From: an uncultured Candidatus Poseidoniales archaeon | GTDB taxonomy: Archaea; Thermoplasmatota; Poseidoniia; Poseidoniales; Thalassarchaeaceae | Assembly (NCBI GenBank): GCA_902560445.1 | Contig: CACELO010000004.1 | Coordinates: 9,170-73,169, forward strand | Direction: 5' to 3' | DNA length: 64,000 nt | In this document: positions 42,900 through 55,800 of the stretch, in pieces | Layout of the letters: each line of letters begins with the position of its first letter | Numbering within the stretch: the first letter of the stretch is position 1 | Position numbers and translations under genes: made by a program | The notes under the pieces: generated by a model | Databases searched by the model: none | The model's input: only the letters and a program-made list of their open reading frames with translations | Told to the model about the DNA's origin: nothing

Positions 42900-44587
42900 T
42901 ATAGTTCTTCTTCATCCTCTTCAGATGATTTTGTCATCTTGAAGAAGAATGCGGCCATTGCTACAACTGCGATTACAAAAGCAACCACAACAGGGAGAAT
43001 TGAACCATCTTCATCGTCTTCTGCGTCAATCCAAGTAATTTGCTCGCTTGAAGCGGTACCACCGCCAAATGCATACTCATCTACCAATTGAGTCGGCGTA
43101 AGTATCTCGCAGGTCAAGCCTGCATTATCCACATCACTATTCATCCAAGAGAATTGAATTGTCACTTCCTCCCCTGCTACCACTAAACCACCCGGGAAAC
43201 TTGTCATTTGTGCCGCTATTCCAGTTTCGGTTACGTCACATGTGAAATATACAATGGCAGGAGCAGTCCCACGATTTGCGATTGTAGCCATCATACCAAC
43301 GCCACTAGTTCCTCTTGAAACGCTCTCAGTTGGTTCTTGATAATCGACCGAAACAAATTCAATTTGTGGTGTATTTCCGTCAATAACAATTACTTCATCC
43401 CAGGTCAATGGGATAATTCCACCTCCATAATCATCCAGTGATTCGTCCATATTCCAGCCGGTCCGATATTCTATGATTTCTATACTCGCAGATTCAGTCC
43501 AAACACTTCCATCAGCCCAACCTATCTCTACAGTTCGAGAATCACCTGAGTCAATAAGGCCCACTCCGTTTTCATCACTGAAATATGTTGATGAAGTTAT
43601 TTCGTATTGGCCAAAGTTCAGTACTCTAAACAAAACTTCAGCAGCATCAAAATGAACTTCTTGTGAATCCATGATTTTCTCCCAGCGATCTGTATGTCCG
43701 CCACTTCCGATCACGTTTTCGCCCCAATGCAACCTAGAGTTGGCATGTGCGCGTACATCATGGTCATCTTTACTCATGGAGAATGTTGTTTCACCACTGA
43801 TAATTAAATCTGCATCGGTGTTAGAAATGATTGGTCCAGTTCTGTCTATTGCCGTCGAATGTAACGTCACCATACCGTCAACAACCACCATACATCCTAG
43901 AATTGAAGCCTCATCAAAATCAGCAGTCCCAGCAACATTTAGGGTGCAGGTTTCACTATCCTGATCTAATGCCATCATGTTTCGATGTTCTAATTCAATA
44001 GCGTCGTAGGTAATGGAGGATCCAACTTCAGGAGTCATGGTAACTGTAGCTAAATGAACTGATTGGTGACCATATCCTACTAAACCAACCCAAATATCGT
44101 CCGTATTTGCATCGAAAGAGAGGATAAATTCGCTACCGTTCAAGTCAATGGGATCTTGACCCTCAATTATCGCTTGACCTCCGTAAAATGTACTAGTTTC
44201 ACCTGAATAAAACGTAGCCTCAAAGCTTCCATCATAATCAGAACCAGGTATCAAAACAGCTGAGCGATTTAGCTCATCCCAGTATCCGTAACCCGCCAAT
44301 CCAGTTGGCGGATTTAAGTCTATAATTTCTGAGTTATGGACGTTTAATGTACCGCCAGATTCCACGTAAATATTTACTTCTTCATGTATACTTAGAGTAA
44401 GTTCACTAAGCGTCAAATCACCCCCGGAGACAATTCTTAAATCTGCCTCCAATGAACGATCTTCAATCCATTCTACCTGTGAATCAATGACAATTTCGGA
44501 TGGTTGTGCCACTGCATTAAGTGAGGTTGTTGTGGCTAAAGCAGTTAGCAGAAATATTGCCAATAGCATAGTCTTCGATTTCCTCAT
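42896..44587 (-). CDS. Secreted protein with a C-terminal CARDB-like domain, TM anchor and acidic tail
   Basis: 563-aa ORF. Signal peptide MLLAIFLLTALATTTSLNAVA. MMATIANRGTAPAIVYFTCDV...EEVTIQFSW is CARDB-like. C-terminus VVVAFVIAVVAMAAFFFKMTKSSEEDEEELY. Confidence 0.5.
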   Translation of the reverse strand: MRKSKTMLLAIFLLTALATTTSLNAVAQPSEIVIDSQVEWIEDRSLEADLRIVSGGDLTLSELTLSIHEEVNIYVESGGTLNVHNSEIIDLNPPTGLAGYGYWDELNRSAVLIPGSDYDGSFEATFYSGETSTFYGGQAIIEGQDPIDLNGSEFILSFDANTDDIWVGLVGYGHQSVHLATVTMTPEVGSSITYDAIELEHRNMMALDQDSETCTLNVAGTADFDEASILGCMVVVDGMVTLHSTAIDRTGPIISNTDADLIISGETTFSMSKDDHDVRAHANSRLHWGENVIGSGGHTDRWEKIMDSQEVHFDAAEVLFRVLNFGQYEITSSTYFSDENGVGLIDSGDSRTVEIGWADGSVWTESASIEIIEYRTGWNMDESLDDYGGGIIPLTWDEVIVIDGNTPQIEFVSVDYQEPTESVSRGTSGVGMMATIANRGTAPAIVYFTCDVTETGIAAQMTSFPGGLVVAGEEVTIQFSWMNSDVDNAGLTCEILTPTQLVDEYAFGGGTASSEQITWIDAEDDEDGSILPVVVAFVIAVVAMAAFFFKMTKSSEEDEEELY

Positions 44588-44612
44588 CGCCTTGGCGTAC
44601 CATAAGTAATCA

Positions 44613-45365
44613 ATGAAGGAATCGGCGGCATGTGTAAGAAACCGAGAGTTCTTCTCGCATGAGTGTATGGCCGAACTAATGTCTAGTATGGGGGCCCTTG
44701 CTTTTCCAGACGCTACAGTCGGAGATTTTGCGGTTAACGTACTAACTGTTCTGATTCTCTACGGGCCTGCATATTTAGCAAATACTGGAGCAATGCTTTT
44801 TGGAAAATGGATTCCTGATAAAATCGGATTTGATAACCATAAAATCGATGGAGGCAGGATTCATTCTGATGGTAATAGGCTTCTAGGCGACGGTAAGTCT
44901 TGGGAGGGACTTTTTGGGGGAGGTGTATTTTCTGGAATTTTAGTAATGATTGCACACTACATATGGAATGAAAACACCCCTCCTTCTGATCGCCCATTCA
45001 TCGACCCATTGTTAATCTCAGATTCATCTGATTGGTTTTGGGTTGGCAACGAATGGGTTGCAGCATTTGTACTTGGATTCACCCTAGGTTTCTCTTGTAT
45101 GTTAGGTGATATGACTGGGTCTTATGTAAAACGCAGACAGGGCCTGAAGAGAGAAGGGGAAGTTAGCTCCAAAGCACCGATTTTAGACACTCTTCCGTTT
45201 GCAATTTTCATCTTCTTAGCAGCGGCTATATTTTTCAACGACCAAGTAATGATGCATTCCGATCTGAGATCGCCAATTATTGCAATCATTGTCCTGACTC
45301 CAATAATTCATCGTTCTTTCAATATCTTAGGGTATAGACTTGGATTAAAGTCTGTACCGTACTGA
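44613..45365 (+). CDS. carS: CDP-archaeol synthase (CTP:2,3-di-O-geranylgeranyl-sn-glycero-1-phosphate cytidyltransferase, DUF46 family)
   Basis: PAYLANTGAMLFG, DGNRLLGDGKSWEGLFGG and GDMTGSYVKRRQG...APILDTLPF match the CarS family motifs as I recall them. The start is uncertain: ATG 44667 would leave a more realistic divergent intergenic region. Confidence 0.82.
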   Translation: MKESAACVRNREFFSHECMAELMSSMGALAFPDATVGDFAVNVLTVLILYGPAYLANTGAMLFGKWIPDKIGFDNHKIDGGRIHSDGNRLLGDGKSWEGLFGGGVFSGILVMIAHYIWNENTPPSDRPFIDPLLISDSSDWFWVGNEWVAAFVLGFTLGFSCMLGDMTGSYVKRRQGLKREGEVSSKAPILDTLPFAIFIFLAAAIFFNDQVMMHSDLRSPIIAIIVLTPIIHRSFNILGYRLGLKSVPY

Positions 45366-45445
45366 TGAGATTTCAGTATTTCTTTCAGTTCCAAGAGATT
45401 AACCATTGGAATGCATTATGTTGCTAATCGATTGCGAATACAAAC

Positions 45446-46714
45446 ATGGCTGGAATGAAGGTCCTTATTGTAGGAGCTGGGGGAAGAGAACACGCCCTTG
45501 CAATCGGACTCTCAGAAAGCCCTTCGGTTGAATCTATTCACACATGCCCGGGCAACGCAGGAACCTCGATGTTAGGCATTAATCACAACGTTTCTGCTAC
45601 AGATGTTGATGCGATTGTTAAACTTGCAACTAAATTATCAGTTGACCTTGTTGTAGTTGGCCCCGAAGCCCCCTTGGTTTCGGGACTTTCGGATTCCTTG
45701 AGAGACAGGGGAATACCTAGTTTCGGCCCGCATTCAGAGGGTGCCGAACTAGAAGGTTCGAAACTACACGCTAAGCAGGTGATGGAAGAATTAGGGATAC
45801 CAACTGGAGGTGTCCAGATTTTGAAGTCTGATTCCGACATCGATGCTGCCCTATCTCGCTATTCATCACCCTGGGTAATCAAGCGAGATGTACTGGCTGC
45901 TGGAAAGGGTGTAGTTGTAACTGAGGATGTAGATGAGGCTAGTAGTTTCATTCAAGATTCAATCTCCACGGATGGTTTTGTTCTATTGGAAGAATTTCTC
46001 TCAGGGGAGGAAGCATCTATGCTGGTAATTATGGATGAATCTGGCTTTATTTGTCTACCACCAAGCCAAGATCATAAGAGAGTTGGAGAGGGAGATACTG
46101 GACCTAATACTGGTGGTATGGGAGCTTATGCCCCTGCTCCGGTAATAACTGAATCAGTAAGGCAAAGGGCCATAAAGGAAATTGTTAATCCAATGCATCA
46201 CCATTTGCGTAATCAAGCGATTCCATATCGTGGTGTTCTTTACGTCGGGCTGATGATTGACGATGAAGGTGCACCTAGCGTAGTTGAATACAATGTTAGA
46301 TTTGGAGATCCTGAAACACAAGTAACAATTCCACTGATAGAAAGTGACCTTGGAGAAATGCTTCTAGCAGCTGCTGAAGGTAGGATTGAAAGTTATCAGC
46401 CAATCTTTTCAGATAAGTCCGCAGTTACAGTTGTTTTGGCTTCGGAAGGATATCCTGGACCGTCAAAAACCGGTAGGGAAATTACTGGTGAAAATACTAG
46501 AATCGAAGAAGGAGAAATTTCCGCTTTTGTACATCAAGCAGGCACACATCGGGATGAGGAGGGAAAACTTCTCTCAAGTGGGGGGAGGGTTCTCTCTGCA
46601 ACAGCCTTAGCACCTGATCTCCCTAGTGCTGTCGGCGCCGCTTATGCCATTATTCATGAAATCACTCTAGATGGCTCACATTATCGGAGAGATATCGCCT
46701 ATCGTGCCCTTTGA
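45446..46714 (+). CDS. purD: Phosphoribosylamine-glycine ligase
   Basis: 422-aa ORF. MKVLIVGAGGREHALA opening, ATP-grasp core, and RFGDPETQV. Confidence 0.95.
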   Translation: MAGMKVLIVGAGGREHALAIGLSESPSVESIHTCPGNAGTSMLGINHNVSATDVDAIVKLATKLSVDLVVVGPEAPLVSGLSDSLRDRGIPSFGPHSEGAELEGSKLHAKQVMEELGIPTGGVQILKSDSDIDAALSRYSSPWVIKRDVLAAGKGVVVTEDVDEASSFIQDSISTDGFVLLEEFLSGEEASMLVIMDESGFICLPPSQDHKRVGEGDTGPNTGGMGAYAPAPVITESVRQRAIKEIVNPMHHHLRNQAIPYRGVLYVGLMIDDEGAPSVVEYNVRFGDPETQVTIPLIESDLGEMLLAAAEGRIESYQPIFSDKSAVTVVLASEGYPGPSKTGREITGENTRIEEGEISAFVHQAGTHRDEEGKLLSSGGRVLSATALAPDLPSAVGAAYAIIHEITLDGSHYRRDIAYRAL

Positions 46715-46715
46715 G

Positions 46716-46753
46716 TAGTTTTTATTGAAAACTAGCCACGCTACTACGTAGCG
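46716..46753 (+). terminator. Two consecutive hairpins after purD: TAGTTTT-TATTG-AAAACTA, then CGCTAC-TAC-GTAGCG
   Basis: Inverted repeats read directly from the sequence. The first contains a T5 run, which fits an archaeal oligo-T terminator. Confidence 0.4.
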
Positions 46754-46835
46754 GAAACACCGCGAATGGTTATAACAGAAGTTTTGGTCGCCGCGACGCT
46801 GAGCCTTCAGGCTGCAAATAGACGGTGATGAAATA

Positions 46836-49800
46836 ATGTCTTATGAAAACGGGAAAACGGGGGACGTCGGTCAGTACAATGGACTGGTTTCGACGCCAGC
46901 GGTGTTAGCAGGAATACTAATCTTATTTTTCGCTGCTACATCCCTCGCTGATGATGTGATGATTGACACAGGAAAGTTGGTTATCCTTCCCGTCGCAGCT
47001 GCATTAGCGGCTGTTATGGGAAGGTTTTGGGTATCTGCCCTTCCTGAAGATTCTCCGATAAATCGAAACTCGGTTTTCGTAATGTTGTTTGCAATCGTTC
47101 CGATAGCATTGGAATTCCTAGGATTCATTGACGCCATACTCGCAACCACTTTTGCATTCATGGCGATTTCAACATTAATTCTTGTCAAATCAAATAGAAA
47201 TGAGGAAGCGACCATTCTATTCACTATGGTCGCAGGATTCCATGTTTCTGTAGCCTACGCTGCGTCTATGCCGGAATTGACACTTTCAGAGGGAGATAAC
47301 CTACAGAATCTGCTTATCGACGTCCAAAGGGCCGGTATAGCGGCTAATTTCTTTTCCTTTTACGCTGCATCTTTGACGCTCGGTACCATTTTCGCTATTT
47401 CTTTCAGAGGATACCTGTATGATGGAGGAAATGGGTCTTTGTTTGAAAGGCTACCACAAAAAATTGATTTTTCAGAACACCGTGATTTACTGATCACTGC
47501 AGTTACCTTATTGATTGTGAACTTAATTCCACTTTGTTCACTGGCAAGTATTTCCAGTGCTGGTACCTTTGAGGAGCACCACTATCTTGGCGGTATTTGG
47601 GCTCTAGTTACTTCGATAGTAGTGATGTTTGTAGCCTTCTGTCGTGCTGAGAGATGGCATGTTCTCGGATCGATAGTTGCGGTAAATTGGCTAATCTACA
47701 CTTTAGCTCACTTGGTAGAGATAGGTGTCAGTCTCCCAGAACAATTGGAATTCCTTGCTGGGAACGATTTCGGTGGAGCATTCTCTTGGTTCTTCATCAC
47801 ATTCTGGTTGAATGTGCTAGGAATTATGCTTGCTTCTAGTGGAAGGTTTGGAGATATTGCTCCTCGCCGAGAACCTAGCCAGTTCCGTTTGTGGTGGAGT
47901 GATAATTCCTATTCAATTCTAGTTGGTTCCGCAGTTATTGTTGGCCTTTTAATCAGGACTGGTTGGAATGTGCTTCCTGCAATGAATGCGAATATAACCG
48001 GACTTTGGGATATGACTGGAGGTTCTGACCCTTGGTACATGAAGAGAGTAGTTGACTACATCGTAGCAGAGCATGCCCACTTCATTTTCGATGCAGATCG
48101 AGCGTATCCGAGTGGTGGAATTAATCCTCGCCCACCTCTATTTTCGTGGTGTTTAGCACTTGGTGGCCTCGCACTCGAGTGGTTAACAGGTATTACCGCC
48201 GACGAAGTCGTTTGGTGGTCAGTTGCAGGTCTGCCAGCAATCTTCGGAGCATTGATTGTTCTACCAGTTGCAGGTATTGCAAACCGTCTTCACAGTGCAC
48301 AAGCGGGGATATTTGCTGCTTGGCTTATGGCACTAATGCCTGGTCACATTAGTCACTCAACATTTGGTCTAGCCGACCACGATTCGTTTGCACTACTTTT
48401 CCTTACCTTAGCCTTCTACTTCTGGGTTAGAACATTAGGGGAAATTGGTAGTGAAAGAGTATTCCGTAACCCAAGTTCCAATCCATTGTACTTGGTTGCA
48501 GGGATTAGAGAGATGTGGAATCGTAATCCAGTAATGATGTCCTATGCAACACTAGCGGGTATCAGTTTCTCTACAGTTGCGCTTGGTTGGAAAGGATTCG
48601 TTTACGGACCTGGAATTCTATTCCTTGCTTTTGCTTTCCAAATCATCCTCAATATGTTCCGCCGACGTGACAGTCTACCTCTTACTTCGGCAGCTTTACA
48701 GATGATGTTTACAACCTTCCTAATTCCTCTCCCATTCTACATTTGGCCTGGTCTTAACTTACTTTGGGCACCTAGCGGATTCCAACCTATGTTCTACATT
48801 GTTGGATTTACAATTGCCTTAGGTTGGGTGGCATCTAGCTTCCGAGACAAACCTTGGCTGTTGGTGTTGGGTAGCGGTGGCATCTTATTTGGCGGCATTC
48901 TATCGGCATTGTGGATTCTACAAACCGCTGAATATTACGACGGTTGGGATATTCTATTCACAGGAGGATTTTATTTCTCAAAGAACAAGATTTTCGGAAC
49001 AATCGGAGAAGCTCAGGCACCGAGTAGAGGTGTACTATTCGCTTCCTTTGGCCCGATTGTTACATTGATTGCATTAGGTTATGCGTTCATCCTTCTATGG
49101 CGTGGGGCTCGAGAAGAAAAGCAAGGCTTGTCTCTTGTTGGTTTGTGGGTTCTAATCGCCTCCTACATGGCTTGGACCGCTGGAAGATTCATTCTCAATG
49201 CAACTCCAGCAATGGCCGTTGTTGGTGCAATAGGTATAGCTGCACTTTGGAAGAGGGCCGATTTCTCAGGCTTCACCAAAGAATGGCGCCGTGCAGGAAT
49301 TGGAACTCCAAGAGCCCGATTCCGTTCGGTTAGAACTACCAGTGTAAAGAAGCCGATGATTCCAGCCCTAGTGCTCGTTTTCATGCTAGTTGCAACTCAA
49401 CATGCAACATATGGTGTAGACTCGGGTATTCCGAGGGGTGAGACTGCATCCGGGGATGTCGATCAGGTGATTTACGATATTACTCCTGATGTAATGAGAT
49501 TCGATGTAGGAGGGCTATCGCTTCTGGATAGCAGTTCCTACAACCCAACTGCGAACTGTGGAAATGGTTGCTGGTACATGGGAACATTCGGTCCTGGATT
49601 CAACGGAGGGGGTTGGAATATGGCCTATGAGTGGCTTTCAGAACAAGATTCAGATGAGAAATTTGGTGAAAGACCTGCATTCGTCTCATGGTGGGATTAT
49701 GGATTCCAAGCTTTGGATTCCGGAGAACATCCTACCGTTGCTGACAACTTCCAGTCTGGAATCCCACATAGTGGAGGAATGTTACTATCTTCAGGTCAGG

Positions 49801-52800
49801 AAGACACTCTAGCGATGTTTATCACAACCCTCGCTCAGGGAGATAGGAAATATTCCGGTGATGGACAATTTGGTGACGATTTCACTGAAGTTATCCAGAA
49901 CCACCTATCTGCACAACAAATTCAGGAGTTCCAAGATATTCTATCGCTTGGCCCTGGACAAAAGCAATCCGTAATCGATCGTTCTTTGGTTCTAATCTAT
50001 CAAAACGTTCAGGAGATACAGGATTCTTCCTTTACAGCTGGAAATCTCAAAATTACCACAGATTTGATGCATGGTACTGTCCTTGATGAAAATGGACTTC
50101 CAACAGAACCAATGTGGTTTGTATTCAAAGATGGTGAGCAAGTAGGTAATGCTACGACAAATGAAACAGAGGCCAAGTCGATTTTCAATGAAGCACGCGG
50201 ATCTAGCCAACCCTATGAAGAGGAAACAACCCATTACGATATTGGCGGCTACAGATATACAGCTGACTTAATCGAGAGCTATGATGACGTTTCAACAAAC
50301 TTACATCGTTCAAATGCTAAGTTGGGTCTAGCAAGGGCTTTCCTAACTACTGCCCTTACTCTTGATGAATTAGTAGAAATGTACCATGACATCTCTACCC
50401 AAGTTGTGTATGAGGTTCAGGATTACGGAGGTAGTTTGGGAGAAACTATCGAACGAAATAACGAGATTCGCTACTTCGCAATAGACGATAGATTGTACCC
50501 ACTCGGTGGAGCTTATTATGCCGACCAAAGTTACCATAGAGGTCAAACTACAGGGATTTTCTACGCTCCAACCACCTTATCGGGCCTTGATCCCAATCAT
50601 TACATTGAATCGATTTACGAGACCCAGCGCGGTGATAGGCCGACAGTCTTCATGAGCGCTGAGCGCTATGAGCAGGAGTATATGTCTGATGTTGTCAAGC
50701 AACAATCTGGAGCAATGGAAGATTCCACAGATATGATTCAACTTGTTGATATACAATATCAGCAAACAGAATCTTTCTTTGAAACAATGGTTGCTAGAAT
50801 CTATGTTGGATACGGGACCTCAAGTTTGGGATTAACGGTTGATCCATCTCAACCTGGACCAACTTGGGCAATAAGCGGAACACCAGGTTCTCCACTAGAG
50901 AATGCCTTCCCTCTTCCAGGCGCTATGATGAATCATTTCGTAATAGCCAATTGGTACGATGACGGCTCAGATTCTCCTGATGAAGACAATAACAGTGTAC
51001 CGGATATTTTCGATGGTGGCTATGCCGCAATCGGCAGAGCTAATTCCAATGTTAAGGTTGTGAAATATTACAGTGGAGCTAACCTAGAAGGTACAGTTGA
51101 ATTGGATGGAATTGGTCCAGTTCCGAATGCTAGAATATTGATTGAAAGAGATGCCTTCAGTGGTGAAGAAGTCGCCGATGAGAATGGAACTGTGACCGAC
51201 CAAGATTCTCGGACCTATTGGGTTCCTATTGGCACTGTAGACGCAGATGAGAACGGAGATTATTCATTCACTGTTCCAGCAGGCAAGATTAGAGTTTCAG
51301 CCTTCTTTGGCGAACCTGATATCAGGGCTGCTCGGGATGAACTAACAAGCGGTTCTGGTGGTATGTTGCAAGACGTAGCCACAGAGTCAACAATTGGGGT
51401 TAGAAATGTCAACTTAATCACTGGAATACTGGGTAATGTTTCTGGATCTCAATGGCTATCAGAGACCATAATAAACGTCTCAGGGGAAGCGGGTCATTCC
51501 AATGGCCAAGCTCTGATTAATGCTGATATCACCGTAGAACCTTCATTCTCTACAGGCCGATTAGTTTGGAATGGGCAGGGCTCCTTTGATGGCGAAGCAA
51601 TTACCGATGCTGTTGTCGAGTTATCTCCTGCATGGGACCAAATTCAGATGCAACCGATTTTGCTCGAGACCTCTACAGGAAGTGTAAACGGACCTGACCT
51701 AGCTTTCCAAGGAATAGGCCAAGCGACATTTACCGGTGAAGGTGAAGTCATCAGTAATGGTTTGATGACAGTCACTGATTTCGTAGGTACACACAGGCAG
51801 ACCATTCTGAACGGACACAGTCTAGCCGGCTCCGGAGAGTTTACCGGGCGAGGGACGCTTTCCGGAGTAATTGACGGAGTGGATATTGTTGACGGAAATT
51901 GTAACGAAAATGGAACAATGCCAGAGAACTACTCAGTTTGTAGTCTACCTGATGGAGACTTCTTGATTGAGGGCGCAATTAACGCAACTGGACGATTTAC
52001 ATCCAATGGAACATCTTCATTCTCGCAAGAACACAACGGTTCATCTCTCACTGGCTCAGGTGTATTTACTATTGATGCTAGTAATGAGGAACTAGACACC
52101 TATGGGACCCTAAATGGTACAGGAACTTTCAGTGGAAAGGGTGAATTCAGCGGCCCTATGGTACAAGCTGGGACATTCCACTTAATCGATGCTATACCTG
52201 GAAATTACAACGTGGCAGTAGTATTCGATGACGATACTAGAATCGAAATTATTGATGGATTTAACGTTCCATATCAGGGTGTACCATCTCTTAATCAAAT
52301 CGATGTAGCGGGCGGAGTTATCTCCGGTACATTAACTGATGAGAATGGAAATTCTTTGTCGGGTTCTGTTACAATGGTCAAACTCGAATCTGAAAATGAC
52401 ACCACTATCGGGGAATGTAGCGAAGTCATGTTCGCACCATGTCGATTAACTGCAGATGAGAATGGTACCTTTGAGTTTGGACCAATCGTTCCAGGGGAGT
52501 ACCTCTTTGGGTTGGATATGGATGAAGATGGATTCAATGAGGTTGAATTGACCCATGAATTCGATGCTGATATGGACTCACAAGTTAACTTCCCAACTCC
52601 CATACCTACAGTATTTGATTTGAGATTCTCGTTAACTCAAATTGTTGATGGAATGCAAACATCTGTGGAGAATCTCGATAATTTGACTTTGGTCAAGAGT
52701 GATAATTCAGCAGCACCAGTTGTTGCCGTATTCGATAACATCAGTGGTGAATACTTGGCTGAACTATCACAGGGTCAGTGGATTCTCAGCCATGACTTGA

Positions 52801-55800
52801 GTAATTCTGAGCAATTATGGGAACAAATTGACCTTCAATCAGACATTTCTACTTCCTACGCCTTTAGAGAATCGATGAATGTAGTGGGAATTGTGTATTA
52901 TGATACTAATACAGCAGTCTCCAATTCCACAATTCAAGCAGAGGTTGTTGATTATACGCAGGTAATTTTCCATTGGGAGAATTTCACTACAAGCGAAACT
53001 ACAGATGCCAATGGTGTATTCAATGTCGTTTTGCCGATTGGTTCAGTTGTTGACGCCGCTGTATTTGGTAATGTTCTGAATGTAGTCAATGGTACACGAT
53101 TTACAGTCGAAGAGGGTATGGCCAATATCACGATGGTTGCACGCCCCGGACATGATGTTAGCGGTAGCCTAAATCTAAATCGATTAGGAAATTACTACAC
53201 ATCAAATCTAGACGGTTGGGAGCCTGTTACTGTATATGCAACGAATGAGCATGTCGATGCAGTGTGGCATATAGAAGTCACTCAGTTTGGGACTTTTGAC
53301 ACTATTTTACCTGAAGGTAACTGGACATTTACAATAGATCTAGATTGGCTGAATGCAAGTGAAGCAACTCTCATGGTTGATGGTGAAAATGATACATTAG
53401 AGATGTATCTCTACCCTGCACCTTCATTCCTTGAGATAGATTTCTTCTTGGATAATAGTGGTGACAATAACGTAGCTAATGGAACTCCTGTAGAGTACAA
53501 ATTCTCAGTTGTACCTCTTGAAAATGAAGCGGGATTAACGATAGATGTAGAAGAAGATGGTTCAGAGTGGATTTCAGATGGATTCGCAAGAGTTCCTCTA
53601 GAAGCGGGTTCATATCGAATAAATGTAGAAATTTCTAGCGCTCGCGCAGGAGATCTTTTTGGAACCCGAATTATGACCGGTGATGCCTACTTTGAGGTCG
53701 GTCTCGACGGTGAAGTAGTTAGCAGAAGTATTGGCTTTGATCCAGAATGGAAGGTAGATTTGACATTTACGAATGAAAGCGGTGGGCAACTAGTAGATCA
53801 ATTAGTTAGATTCATCGATCCGCAGAATAGTGGAGAAATTATCACTAGAAAGACCGATATGAATGGCACACTAATTGACCATCTTCCAGATGGTGAATGG
53901 ATTCTTGTGATCGATTCTATGGAAACAGATGCGGCGGTTACAGAAGGAGTTCGAACAACGATTATCGTATCAGAACAAACTGCTAACGATTCTCAAACGA
54001 TATCAACTAGCGAACTTGCATCATTCACTGTTAGAATTTCTGATGCTGATGGAGGTAATCTGCAAGATATGGAATTACAACTAATTTCCAATGATGGGTT
54101 AGGAACGGTATATCTTGACAACACTGATGAATCGGGACAAACCTCAGGAATCATATCTCCAGGTTCATGGAATATTGAATTAAATCAGACCGTGGATAGG
54201 ACTCGTTATGTCGTAGAGTCGCTTGAACTTCAGGATGGTGGTTTAGTCGCTGGTGAGAATGAATTAATCGATATCGTTACATCAACACACTATCAGTTGT
54301 CTGGGACGATATTCTGGGACCATGATGACGACGATGATGCAGACGTTGGAGAGGGTGTATCAGATGTTGAAATTCTGATGACAAGCGAAGGTCATGATAA
54401 TATTACTCAAATTACCGATGCCGCCGGTGATTGGAGTGTGTATATTCCTGCAGGTACAACTTGGCAAGTCTCTACATACAGAGAAGGGTTTGATCAAGAA
54501 ACTGAATCTATAGCGATGAACGCTCCTAACTCTGTAGAAATTGAACTTACAGCTGGATATGTGGACATATTTGGAAACGTAACGCACTCAGATTTGTCGA
54601 ATATTGGTGAGCAAGTAGAATTAATTTTGATTCCCACATCTGGTATGGTACGTGACCGAATAGTGCCTGATAAGGTATTCGAAGATGGAGTGTGGAACGG
54701 TCAATGGACTGCTTCAGTTGAACCTGGTCTTTGGATTATTCGAGCAACACTGGAAGCGTCTAATCTAGTAGGAATGGCAAGCATCGATGCAGACATTAGT
54801 GATGGTGGAAATGTAGACATCAATCTTGTGTATGGCGGGTGGCTGCATCTTTCTACTCAATGGCTAGACTTTAATGGAACTCAACATCATGCAACGGAAA
54901 CCGGGATAGAGGGTGCAGAGATTGTTGATGATGTGGAATTCATAATGTCCTCAGGAGCAGGAGTCCGATGGGATGCTTTGTTGACTGAAAACGGTGAAAT
55001 TTCAATTCTAATGCCAAGTGGAATGATTGAGGTCGAAGGTGGCTTCTCTGTTGACCAAATGGACCGTGTAATGGAATATACTGCAACCAAGTCAATTAGT
55101 GTACCAGGTTCAGGAACAGATATCACCGCCTCGGTTACCCAGGACTTATTGTTCGGCCGAATCGGTAACCACACAATAAGCGCTACAATAGTCTCAGTAA
55201 CTGGTGGAGAATTGACCCAAGAAGGGGAATTTAATGATGTCAAAGCCACACTAGGAGATGATGGCCAATACGGCTCAATAGAGTTTACAATGTCTCTTGA
55301 CTATCTTGGACATGAGTCGTTATCAAGTTACATCGTGTCAGGAAATGTTGTAGGTACCGATGGTCAATATTGGAACGTTGAAGTATGGGATGAGTCTATT
55401 GAAAATTGGACCACGCCTTTCGCCTTTGAATTCGGTTTAGATAGTAACAATAGCACAACCTATGACAATCTACTGCTTCGAATTACTCCTGCCAATCAAT
55501 CGACTGCTCAGTCACTTACCAATGGTCACAACGTAGATATCAAGTTCACTTCAACTGATGGCTATCAATTTGAACAGGAAGTAATTGTTAGGATTCCTCA
55601 ATTCCATAATTTCGAATTAAGGGAGCCAGTGTTGGATATTTACGGAATCCGTCCAGGTGAAGAGCTGTCTATCCCTCTATTATTCACAAATAGTGGAAAT
55701 GGTGATGAGAGATTTGAATTTGAATTCGATGACATTCAACTTCCACCAGATTGGCAAAGAACAGGTGCCACATCACATACCATAGGAGCTTTTACAGACA

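Noticed and set aside
46795-46835. GTGATGA just upstream of aglB looked like a C box of a C/D sRNA.
   Set aside because: There is no properly placed downstream D box (CUGA). The GGTGAT is better explained as the aglB Shine-Dalgarno.
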